Source of the DNA: Piromyces finnis finn
Lineage: Eukaryota > Fungi > Neocallimastigomycota
NCBI GenBank assembly: GCA_002104945.1
Contig: MCFH01000120.1
Location: 1 to 37,530 of the forward strand
Direction of reading: 5' to 3'
Length of the DNA: 37,530 bases
The translations under genes and the position numbers were made by a program. Shown here one piece after another: positions 1-11,860 of this stretch (positions are counted from its first letter, which is position 1; each line of letters begins with the position of its first letter). Under the pieces are notes generated by a model. That model did no database searches and was not told where the DNA came from. It saw only the letters and a program-made list of their open reading frames with translations.

Positions 1-15
1 GAAGTTAATGATCCA

Positions 16-307
16 ATGGATGTTGATTTTGTTAGTAGAAAAAACAAATCAACAAAAAACAAAAACTACGGCGGTAGTAGAAGAAATATAAATAGAAGCC
101 ACCGTACATACTGCCATATCTGCTGTGAACATGGTCACTCCACCGAAATGTGTGAATATAATCAAAAGGCCAAAATGGAAAGAGAACAAAGAAGAAACAG
201 TAATAATAAGGCTTATAAACAAAACAAATCTAAAAGAAATTCACAATAAGGGAGGTAAGTTCACAAGAAATAACAACAAAAGAAGTTTGAACAAGAAGTA
301 GTATTCG
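16..307 (+). pseudogene. Copia gag C-terminal part with CCHC zinc knuckle
   Basis: ORF 16..249 contains CHICCEHGHSTEMC (CX2CX4HX4C). The same frame continues through in-frame stops to the insertion site at 307. Confidence 0.75.
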
Positions 308-2000
308 TGTAACGAATACTGTAAGAAATATTTGTGGCCATAAGTTTTCCCACAAATATTTCAATTGAAACCATATATTCTGGTTACCATTTATTGGCCA
401 GATATATGCATAACCATATATTAATGGTTATTAATTAAATAGAAAGTTTATTTGCTCTACCCAATTAAATGGTAAAGAAAATAAACTATTATAGTTAAAT
501 AGTATAGGATAAACTAACGTTAAATACTTTAGGGTTAGTATTAGAGTAAATTAATAGCTATAATAATAAAGAATGTATAATAATTATAATAAATAAAAGA
601 TATAATTAATAAATAATTATTAAGTAGATTTATTTCCTAATAATATTTATATATTTATTTATATTTATTTTAGTGTTATAATATTTATTTTAATTCTTCT
701 ATTATTTTTTATAAAACTTTATTTAGTTATTAACTCGTATAGAGAGGTAATAACTAAATTAACTATATAGTGATAACTTATTAACTAATTTATAATTGCA
801 AAATATTGTATTAATAGAATAATGTATTTAATACGTATTTAAAATAATGTATAATGTATTAAATTAATGTACCGTAAATTTTACAAAAATTTATATCACA
901 ATACATTAACATAAATTTATGTAAAATTTAATTTTATGATAAGATAAAGTTTTTGATGATAAAATAAAATTTTAAATTAAATAATTTTTAACCAATAAAT
1001 ATTTTAGATAATAAAAAATTTTTTTTATAAACTAAACCTCAAAATTAGAAATAAATAAATTGAATATATGTTTGAAATATAATCAACCATATAGTAAATA
1101 AATCAAAACTTTATTTTAAGTTTAGAAAATTCTTTAGTAAATAAATTGAATCTAAATAGTTTAAGACAAATAATTTCTTTTAATTAATGTATAAATGTAA
1201 ACAATGTAAAATTATAATATTAAAACATGTATATTAGAATTTATTCAATTTATTTAAAAAAGTATAAATAAAGAAAATTTCTCAACTATTGAAACGATAG
1301 TTGGAAAATCGTATAAGTTAATTTTGTTTAGATAAATTAACATTAGTTTATAATTAGTTTAGTTGTTATTAAATAATAAAAATTATTAATTGATTACCTA
1401 GTGAGGGCTCTGGTGAAATAAACTTCACGGTAAAGTAATCAACGGTTGTTATAGTTTAGTTTAGTTTAAATAATTTAATAAATAAATAAATTATAATAAA
1501 TAAAAATAATTTGTTAGTTTAGTTAAAGTGTATACAAACCTGAACTTAGGTTAGTTTATTTTACAATAATAAACCTTTTAAAAATAATAGAAATAACTAA
1601 ATTGTATTAGTGGTTAGTAGCTAAGAATTTAAGTCTGAATGACACTAGTTCGAGACCTCATAGATACTATTTTAAAAATTATAATTTTATTTTATTTTTA
1701 AATTTTATTTTATATGAAGATTATTGATTGGCTATGAATTTTAAGTTGAAAAATTTTATAAATTAATTTAAATAATTTTAGTATAAATACGAGTAAATTT
1801 TAACAAATATTTTAAAAAATCGAGATTTTAAAATAAATAATTATATTATTAAACACTAACTTATTAAGTTAAATTCTATGCGTTTTTAATAATATTTTTA
1901 TAAATTAATAATTTACAGAATATTTTAAAGTGGTAATATTACTAAGTTATTTTATAAATATTATAATTTATTATTATTGTTAAAGACACATTTCTTTACA
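308..2000. mobile_element. 1,693-bp non-coding TG..CA element (long solo LTR or non-autonomous LTR element) inserted in copia gag-pol
   Basis: Begins TGTAAC (308) and ends TTTACA (2000). Flanks ATTCG (303-307) and ATTTG (2001-2005) form a 5-bp TSD with one C>T. Removing it restores the frame EVVF-VENYNDNES into the protease. Confidence 0.8.
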
Positions 2001-3539
2001 ATTTGTCGAAAACTACAACGACAACGAAAGTTACAGCATTAACGTAGAATTTGAAGATATTAGACCTTTAACGGAAAGAAGTATCTACCTTATTGAAAAG
2101 GATGAAGCTACAAAAGAAGACTCACCTAACGCAAAGGATATAGATTATGTGTATGGAAAAAATAAATAAGACGAATGGTTCTATGATACTGGTGCCGCCG
2201 CCGAACATATCGTTAACAATAAGGACATTTTGCAGAACTTCATAGAAGAGCACATTAAACTTAGATGTGCAAATGGAACTACCTGTGAATTTAGTGGTTA
2301 TGGTTCATATGAGTTTAAGGTAAAAACAAAACTTACAAGTTAGAAAAAGTTTTGTATTCAGATAAAGTTAGCAAGAATTTGATTAGTGGTGTAGGACTCT
2401 CTAAAGTTGGTTTAAGAAGCATTATAAATATTATTGGCGTTGGAAAAGTCAGATTTATCTTCAAGGATTCTAAAAATAAAGATATAATGTAAACATATTC
2501 AAATGAATTAAACCAATTCAAAATTAAACTCATAAATTTTAATAAAAACAAAAATGAACCATTCATTGCAAATTTTGAAAATGATTTAGGCATATGGCAT
2601 AATAGATTAGGCCATTTCTATCAAAAGGATCTGAAGAAATACATAAACAGCACAAAATTAAAGTAACACCTTGCTTAGACTGTAAAAATTCAAAAATGAA
2701 GAAGTCACCACATGATAAGACCGTACCCAAAGCCGGAAGGGTTCTTTAGACTATCTATTCTGATATTTAAGGCCCGTTTAATTCATCCGTAAACAATAAG
2801 AATATTTTATGACTATGCTGGATAAATATTCAATAAAACTTTGGATTTATACTTTTAAATCAAGATCTGAGTCATAGGACATCATTATTGAATTCTTAAA
2901 GAATGCAATTAATAATATTGACAAATATAAATTAAAAACTATATTTACAAATATAAATTAAAAACTTTTAAGACTGATTGTGCAAAAGAGTATAACAGCA
3001 GTAAAGTTATAAAATATTGTAAGGAAAATGGCATATCGAAGATAAACACATCTTCTTACATACATGAATTAAATGGAAAAGCAGAAAGAATAAACCAAAC
3101 TATTCAAAATTCTGCTAAAACATTTTTATATTGGGTTAAATTATCTGAAGACTTTTGGAGTTTTGCTGTTAAATATTCTTGTTATATTTACAACAAAATA
3201 CCACATCAAGGAAACAATAATTTAATTCCTGGCGAAGTGTTTACCAACGAGGAAGCCGATCTAAAATACTTAAAAGAATTTGGATGTATATTTTACTTTA
3301 AGGATTACTCATTAAAAAAGTCAAAATTCGTACCAAATTCAAAAAAAGGAATCTTTCTTGGATTCAGTGAAGTACATCCCTCATATATCGTCATGGAGAT
3401 ATGTGATGAGAAGCTAAAAATCCAATACTCCATGGAAATTGAATGCTGTGAAGATGAGCTGGTACCTTCCATTTATGAAAGTAAAAATATTAATGATTTA
3501 TATTTCTCCTTCACCGATTCATATAACATTAGAAATTAA
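2001..3539 (+). pseudogene. Copia protease, GAG-pre-integrase and integrase (disrupted)
   Basis: WFYDTGAAAEHIVNN copia protease motif (~2176-2220). TIYSDI*GP matches the integrase HSDxxGP motif (~2750-2776). ELNGKAERINQT-type core motif near 3066-3100. ORF 3237..3539 has LKEFGC..SKKGIFLGFS, typical of the copia integrase C-terminus. Confidence 0.85.
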
Positions 3540-4552
3540 GACAAAAGGTACCCTTCATAATAAATAAATAACAACAAGAACACAAAAGATGTAAAAGAGA
3601 AAGTTGTTGACAACAAGAACAACAACATTACGGTTAATGAAAATTTTAAATATAATGACAGGAAAGAAGAAAAAACTGACGAAGAAAGGGAAGAAACTAA
3701 TATTAGAACCAAGACGAATTCTCAAAGGGAAGAAAATAATAGAAATACAAAACCAAAAGGAAATAGTACAATAATAATTGATAAAAACTTAAATTGTAAT
3801 TTAAATAGTAATTTACACAGTAAATTAGAAAATGTCACTCAAAATAAGAAAAACAAAAATATTAATTCAAATTCGAAGTTTAATAAAAATAAATTTACTG
3901 AAAACATTCCAAAAGTTTTAGAAGAAATTGCAAATGCCAATTGCAATTTAAGAAAGAAAAATAATAAAATTTCAAATATTAAAAATGAAAATAATTATAT
4001 TTACCCCTCTCCTGGTTCAAATATTGATAATAGCTGTAAAAATCCTGATAAAGCCATTAATGATAAAAATTCTGAAAATCCTATTAATAATAAGAATAAT
4101 TATACTGAAAATTTTACCAATAAAAATCTTTCTTATACCAAGAATACAGGTAATAATATCACTGATAATTCAAATCCTGTTATTGGTGAGAAAATTTTTA
4201 TTAATAAAAATTTTCCAAAAATTGACTCAAAAATTCAAAATAAAAATAAAGACATTCTATTGGATGAAAATTCAAATAATACACGTCATAATTCTAGCAA
4301 TAATACTAATGTTACACATGATAATTCTACCAACTCTTGCAATATGGATATTAATGCTAAAATAAATTTAAATTCAAAATTTTTTGATTCTTCTGATTTA
4401 CACGTGACTCAATTCTTATATCACAGATGACAACAAATCTATGGATGATCTTGATCCTAACTTGGAAGATGAAAATAATATTATGGATGATATCATGGAA
4501 GATAAATCTTATGCTTTCTCCCATCCTGAAAGAAAAAGGCCTTGCAGTCCTA
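3540..4552 (+). pseudogene. Asn/Lys-rich copia integrase-RT linker, cut by the gypsy insertion at 4552/4553
   Basis: Low-complexity N/K/D/S-rich reading downstream of integrase that ends ..PERKRPCSP exactly where TGTAAAA of the gypsy LTR begins. Confidence 0.55.
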
Positions 4553-5300
4553 TGTAAAATATTAATCTTAAAACAGATTATATATTTAACAATAAAACAA
4601 TTAAACACACGATAAAATAAAAATAGGAGTTTTTTTTTAAAAATTATCTTCTTTATTAATGGTTAGAAATAAAATAACAATTACATCGATTCAATTGATA
4701 AAATTTACATGTATTTATATTTTTTCATAATTATATTCTAATATATTATTCTATTTAAATAAACATATATTTAATATAAAATAAACAAAACTAATCTAAT
4801 TAAATAATAAAATAATAAAACTAAACTAAAACTAATTCATTATACTTTTAATTCAATTTGAGTAAACTCAAAATTGAATAAAGCTCATGTATTATCTATA
4901 AATTAATTTAATATTATCAATACTATTCTTAATATATTTCCTATTGAAATATAAACACATCTATTTTTAAAACTAAGTTAAAATTATTAAACTATTCTAA
5001 ATTTAAATAAGAAAGTATATTATTATTAAACTATTCTAAAATTAAATAAAAAGTATTTAAAGTTATTATGAATATTTAAAATATTTTAAATATTTAAATT
5101 TAATAATGATTCTTTTGTTCCTTAAATTTAAATATTTATCTTTATTTAATTTTGACGGAATTATTATAAAATAATTGATTATTAAATTATTCCATTGAAT
5201 ATTAAAAATTTCATAGTTAATTTTAATAAATATTAATTTATTATTTAATAATTGATAGTTAATTATTAAATAATCTAAAGATATATATTATATCTTTATA
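4553..5300 (-). repeat. Gypsy 3' LTR (~748 bp)
   Basis: Follows the purine-rich tract AAAGGGCGAGA (minus strand, 5312-5302). Starts TATAAAGATAT (TG>TA) and is inferred to end TTTTACA at 4553. Shares motifs with the 613-bp solo LTR (AATAACAATTACAT, TTGATAAAAT, TATTTATATTTTT). The 4553 boundary is less certain. Confidence 0.65.
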
Positions 5301-5329
5301 ATCTCGCCCTTTAAGTCGAGCTCCTGTGA

Positions 5330-5570
5330 GATCATTTTCTAGAAGGAATTTCTATAACAAATGGTCTATACTTTGTTCGAATCATACTGTCGTTGTTTAA
5401 ATTATCCATATATTCGTTGTCTTTATTTTTTCTTAGCTTTTTGTTTCTTCTGTAAAATTCTTGGATCAATTGTCTATCTAAAATCTGATCCTCGGGAATC
5501 CATCGATTTTCACTTGAATCAAGATATTTATAAGTAACAAGAAATGATTTCTTTTTATTATAAGTTCATT
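5330..5570 (-). pseudogene. Chromodomain at the C-terminus of the gypsy integrase
   Basis: Reading through the TGA at 5566-5568 gives ..KSFLVTYKYLDSSENRWIPEDQILDRQLIQEFYRR, which matches the chromodomain pattern YLVKW..SENTWEPE..L. Confidence 0.7.
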
Positions 5571-8500
5571 CTTTAATAATTTTTTCTGGAATTTTTTCAT
5601 TTGTATCAATATTTAATTGGATATTTTTCCTATTATAATTATTTGTCCTATCTTTAAATTTGTTTTCAGTATACGGTTCTAATAACGAAACATGAAAGAC
5701 AGGATGACAACGCAAATTGTGTGGTAATTTCAGTTCAAATGCTAGGGGACTTACTTTTTTAATAATTTTAAATGGTCCTAGCATTTGATCAGACAGTTTT
5801 CTTTTAATGTTTTTTCCTGAAGGATTTATTTCTTTCAATAACCAAACTTTCATTCCAACTTCAAACTTTGGTGATTCAATTCTTCTTTGATCAGCATATT
5901 TTTTATAAGTTTCTTTTGCATGATCAAGATTTTCCTTTAGAAGTTTGATATTTTTATTTATATCTAAAATTCTTTGTTCAGCTCTATTTGGTTTATTAGC
6001 TGAAGGAATATCGATATTAAATTTGGGATTAAAACCATAGTTTGCATAAAATGGGGATTGATTGATCGATTGCTGTAATGTGTTGTTATAGGCAAATTCG
6101 GCAAAAGGAAGCAAATCAACCCAATTATTTTGTTTTTCATTTATAAAACAACGGAGATATTGTTCCAATATCCCGTTCACTCTCCGTTTGACCATCAGTC
6201 TGTGGGTGGTTAGCAGTGGAAAACTTAAGTTTAATATTTAATAAATCACACAGACGATTCCAAAATTCAGAAGTAAACTGAGTACAACGGTCAGAAACAA
6301 TTGATTCAAGGAAACCATGTAACCGAAAGATATTGTTGATAAAAACATCAGCTGCAATAGATGCAGTAGGAAGGCACCTTAAGGGAATAAAATGAGCCAT
6401 TTTGGTTAGTTTATCAACAATGACCATAATGGTAGTCATATCTTTGGACTTTGGTAATTCAACAATGAAGTCCATAGATAATTCAGACCAAGCTCTATCA
6501 GGAGTAGGAAGAGGAGATAGCAACCCATATGGTCTATGTCTTGGAACTTTAGCTTTACAACAAGTTGCACAGGACTTAACAAACTTTTTAACATCATCAT
6601 AATATTTTGGCCACCAAAAATTTATGCTAATTAATCCGATAGTCTTATTAATACCAAAATGGCCAGCGGACATAGAGTTATGATGCAACTCTAAAATTCT
6701 AGTTCTTAAATTAGGTGGAACATAAATTAAATTATTAAATAACAAATAGCCATCATCATCGATAAAATATTTATCAATGTTTTTACATGGTGGGGACGAG
6801 GATTTATTGTTATTATTAAAGTAAGAAAAAATTTTATTGTAAAACACATCTTTTTTTTGAGAGCATAAAATGGAATTAATCAAAGTATTATCATTTTTAT
6901 TAATATTATCAATTATGTTACAAGAAATTTTATTACATGAAATATTATTAAATAAATGATCACTACGTCTTGATAATAAATCAGGTTTTCCAGACGTTTT
7001 ACCAGCTCTGTAAATTAGCTTAAAGTCAAAACGAGATAGGAACTCATACCATCTTATTTGTCGTTGCGAAAGCATTTCAGGCTTTCTAGGGAACGTCAAA
7101 TTCTTATGATCAGTATAGATGGTAAGCTGATGTCTAGCACCTTCCAAATAGTGTCTCCATTCTTTCAAAGCTACTTTGATAGCAAGCAATTCTTTATCAT
7201 AGATTTGATAATTTCTTTGAGACTTTGTTAAACTTGAAGAAATAAAAGCAACCGGATGCAACTGATCCTCAAATTCTTGTGACAAAATTGCACCAACCGC
7301 GAAGTTACTTGCGTCAGTCTCGGCAATAAATAGTTTATTACTATCAGGATTTATAAGAATAGGTGCGGAAGTAAATAATTCTTTGAGGGTATCAAATGCT
7401 TTCTGATGTTCTGAGCTCCAATTAAAAGGAACATTTTTTCTAGTGAATTTATGCAGCGGATTAGCTATCCTAGCAAAATCTTTAATAAAAATTCTGTAAT
7501 AATTGCATAAACCAATAAAGGATGGACTTCTTTAACAGAAGTAGGAACAGGCCAGTCAAGAATAGCTTTCACTTTATTACTGTCCATTCTTAGGCCTTCC
7601 CTCGATAACACATATCCAAGAAAAGTTGTCTCAGGGACGTCGAATTCACACTTTTCTAATTTAACAAACAAATTATTATCTAACAATTTCTTTAATACTT
7701 TTTTCACGTGTACATGATGTTCTTCTAAACTATTTGAGAAAATTAAAATATCATCGATAAAGGAAATAACAAAATCATCCAAATATTCACTAAGGACATC
7801 ATTAATAAAATGCTGGAAGGTAGCAGGTGCATTCTTTAACCCGAACGGCATAACAAGATATTCAAAGTGCCCATACCTAGTTCTAAAGGCAGTTTTAAAT
7901 TCATCACCTTCCTTGATTCTAAGTTGTAGGCTGACCTTAAATCTAACTTAGTAAAATACTTTGCTCCTTTCACTCTATCTAATAAGTCACTGATCAAAGG
8001 AAGAAGGTTTGAGTTTCTAATAGTCATGTCGTTAAGCCTCCTATAATCAACACATAGCCATAATGAGCCATCTTTCTTTTTAACAAATAAAACTGGTGCC
8101 CCAGCAGGAGATGTAGATTTCCTAATGAAACCTTTTTCTAAATTTTCTTTAATGTAATTTTTTAGTTCATCTCTTTCTGCTTCAGTTAATGGATAAAGGG
8201 AACCATAAAACAAATTAGAATTATCTTTTAATCCAATTTCACAATCATATTCACGATGAGGTGGTAACATATTACAATTATTTTCATTAAACACTTCTTT
8301 ATAAATTAAATATTGTTTTGGCACTGAGACCAATTTTTTATCTTTATTTAAGTTGTTTTCATTAATTACATTTAATTTTTTCATATTAATACAATTAATA
8401 CACTTAAGACAATTATTACACTTACAATTATTATTACTACAAATACTATTAAAACTATTTTTATAATTATTACCAAGACTAAAACTATCACTAATACTAT

Positions 8501-9291
8501 TACAGTTATTACAATTTAAGTTTTTATTAAAATTCCTATAATGATAAAAATCATCATTATCACTATTATTATCAACAATAGTACAAATACGAGAACGACG
8601 ACCACGAACATATTCAAAATCTTCATCAGTATCTTCAGTCACCTCCGATAATTTTCTTTTGTGAACTTGAGGATTTGTCATAATTTTGGTTTCTTGTATA
8701 GAGTTGTTCTTTTTATTAGATTTCTTTTTTGATTTGTGCTTTCTTTTTCCATTATTACAATGGCGAGAACAATAATCAGAATTAAACCGAATTTTGCTCG
8801 CGTCGTGGTAGTTTTGAGGGCTATGCTTATCAATCCAAGGGATACCAAGAATGATATCGACATCTGGAATTCTAAGAGCATAGAGCTTGATAACCTCGAG
8901 ATGGTTTCGATAGCGAAGAATACACTTTTCTGTTTCACTTTCAACCACGGCTACATCACATCCCAATCCCGTAACTCTTATTAATTCCTTAACTTTTCTA
9001 GTTCCGATTTTATGTTTTTTAATAAAGTCATGGTGAATAAAGTTAAGATCAGATCCAGAATCAATTAGTACTCTAGCTCTGACTTCATCTCCTTCATTTG
9101 ACTTAATTGAGAAGTTAAGGATATTATTTTTCTTTCTTGATAAATTTTCTCTCTTCACAATTTCATGGATTGTAGCTATGTCCATAAATTTATCTAGCTT
9201 AATTATTCTATTCAAAGAGGCAGTATCGTTAGAATGTGAGCCTTTTTCCTGAATGATTCTAACATTCATTGGCTTTCTCTTGTTAGGACAG
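5566..9291 (-). pseudogene. Gypsy pol: protease, RT, RNase H and integrase, frameshifted
   Basis: [10 protein letters not shown] (protease). [27 protein letters not shown] and FIDD (RT). TDASNFAVG and YDKELLAI (RNase H). GHFG..CATC, SMDFIVELP, QTDGQTE and GPF (integrase). Frameshifts near 7920, 7480 and 6170. Confidence 0.95.
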
Positions 9292-9904
9292 TGTAATGGC
9301 GACACAGAAAGAATAGATTAGGATATCTATTCTATTACAATAACACTAAATTTAAAATAAAAAATAAAAATTGTTTTATTAAAAAATATCTTTTATTATA
9401 ATAGAAATTTTATTAATAACAATTACATTGATAAAATGATGAAAAATATCTTCTATTTATATTTTTCCTAAATACATTTATACTATATTATAACTATTTA
9501 TTTCTTATATATTATTTAAAATCTACACTAAAATCTTAATTATTAATAAATATTTAAACTATAATTATTTTTAGTAAAATGCAATTGGCAATTAAAATTA
9601 AGTACTATTCAATTTGAATATGTGCCCATGTATTATTGATATATTAATCATTTATTATTTATACATTATTTATCTATTTTAAAAAAAAACAATACTAAAA
9701 CTAGGGATTTAAATTGAGAATTTTAATTTACTTGTTAAACATTAAAAATAAATTAATAATTTATTTTGTTTTAAACTTTAATTATTAATAAATAAATTAT
9801 GTCTCATTTTCTTTTTCTGAATATAATTTGTGTAACTTAAACAATAATACTTGTGGCTTAAGTTACATTAAAGATATCAAGTTGAGGCATTTGATATCTT
9901 TACA
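9292..9904 (-). mobile_element. 613-bp solo LTR inserted just after the gypsy gag zinc knuckle
   Basis: Minus strand TGTAAAGATATC...CGCCATTACA with a perfect 5-bp TSD GACAG (9287-9291 and 9905-9909). Removing it restores QFNC-PNKRKP. Confidence 0.92.
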
Positions 9905-10128
9905 GACAGTTGAATTGTAGGTGTCCCGGCTTCTTGCATAAAAAACAAAGACCTTTTTTCTTTTCTTCTTCATGGGAATCATTGTTCTTAACATAGTAGT
10001 CCCTTTTTGGATCCGCATAGTGATGAGTATATTTATATCTTTACATCCTACCTCTTTGTATAATTCTGGTACTTCTAAGAAGCACAAGTATAAATTTATA
10101 GCTACCGTATTTACTGATGCTCACACTA
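9905..10128 (-). pseudogene. Gypsy gag C-terminal remnant with CCHC zinc knuckle
   Basis: A frame not shown in the ORF track reads ..EEEKKKGLCFLCKKPGHLQFNC (CX2CX4HX4C). Confidence 0.85.
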
Positions 10129-11517
10129 CACTACGTACAAAGAAGTTATGTCTTGTACGAATTCGAATTGTTGGAAAGCTGCCATTCAAGATGAATTAAA
10201 TAATTTGTATTCAAACAAGATCATGTCCTTGGTTAAAAATATCTTAAAAAATGAAAACATTATATCTACTAAATGGGTTTTTGCTATTAAAAGGGACAGC
10301 AATAATAAAATAGTACGTTTTAAAGCTAGACTTGTCTCCAGAGGTTTCCGTCAAAAACAGGGTATTGACTTGACCTATTTTCCTACTTTAAATATTGACA
10401 ATCTAAAATTTATTATTGCTATTGCAGCAAAATTTAAGTGGAATATATATCAGCTTGATATTAAAGCTTCCTACCTCAATGCTCTTTTAGATATGGATAT
10501 ATATACTACAATTCTGCTTGGAGATAGCAACTTTGGGGGATGATACTGGAAGCTGAATAAAGCTCTCTGTAGTTTAAAACAATCAGGAAGACAATGGAAC
10601 AAAACAATAGATTCAAATCATGTATATATAAGTTAAAAGAAAATAAATACGTAAAATGTATAATTGGTCTATAGTTGGAAAAAAAAATACAATAGAGAGA
10701 GTAATAAGCAAGATTAAAAGTAAATTTAAAATATCAAATAGTGGCCCATCAACTATATTCTAGAAATAAAGATCGAGAAGAAAGAATCCAAATACATTAT
10801 TTCTCAAGAGAATTACATTAATAATGTATTACAAAGATTTCATATGGAAAATGTACGTAGAAGAAATATGTCATGTATAACAATTGACAAGAGCACCTCA
10901 AATAATAATCCATTTGATAAAACCAAATATAAAAGTGCAATCGGTTCATTAATATACTTGTCAAAATGTACAAGACCGAATATTGCGTTTGCAGTAAACA
11001 AAGCTGCAAAAAAATCCGAAAGGCCAACAATATCTAACTGGAACATAATTGTAAATATATTCAGATACTTATCTACCATCAAGCATTATTTAATCGAATA
11101 TAGTGGGGAAGGAAAAATCCAAGGATACACTGATTCGGACTAAGGAGGCGCAGAAGACTTTAAATCTACCTCTGGAGGGATAATTCTAATGGGAAACAGC
11201 CCAATATGCTGGTTATCCGAGAAACGAAAATCTTATGGATCAAAAACATGGTAGATGAAATTTTTAATTACAACAAAAATATAACTTTATTCACCGGTAA
11301 CAAGGCAAACAAGAAAATAATAGAAAACGGTGAAATAAATACTGAGCTAAAACACATTAATATACACTACTATTTCATTATTGACAACATAGAAAAGAAT
11401 AATATAAAAATTGAATACATAAACACTAAAGAAATGCTAGCTGACCCTTTAAATAAAGATCTACCTGGTCCAAGAATGTTTGAATATACAAATAAGATAT
11501 TCTTAAAGAAAATCTAA
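10129..11517 (+). pseudogene. Copia reverse transcriptase and RNase H (disrupted)
   Basis: TYKEVMSC..WKAAIQDEL, KWVFAIK..RFKARLVSRGF, QLDIKASYLN, KALCSLKQSGRQWN, YKSAIGSLIYL..TRPNIAFAV, YTDSD*GG, KHINIHYYFI, MLADPLNK. Confidence 0.93.
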
Positions 11518-11529
11518 TTTGAGGGGGAG

Positions 11530-11860
<331 letters not shown>

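Larger units (their letters stand above)
4553..10128 (-). mobile_element. Ty3/gypsy chromovirus-like retrotransposon, 5'-truncated, nested antisense in the copia element
   Basis: Minus-strand order is gag knuckle, protease, RT, RNase H, integrase, chromodomain, PPT, LTR. The 5' LTR and most of gag are absent. The junction to copia RT sits at a CACTA-CACTA repeat (10124-10133). Confidence 0.9.

Noticed and set aside
2333-4615. ORFs 2333..2593(-), 3985..4365(+), 4357..4608(-), 4427..4615(+)
   Set aside because: Antisense or alternate-frame shadows of the decayed copia pol and its Asn-rich linker. The Ile/Leu-rich translations come from shifted AAT codons.
6402-11082. ORFs 6402..6602, 8678..8944, 8736..8984, 9863..10087, 9972..10199, 10818..11030, 10840..11082 and their mirrors at 34884-37334
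   Set aside because: They overlap recognisable gag/pol sequence on the other strand or frame and have no motifs of their own.
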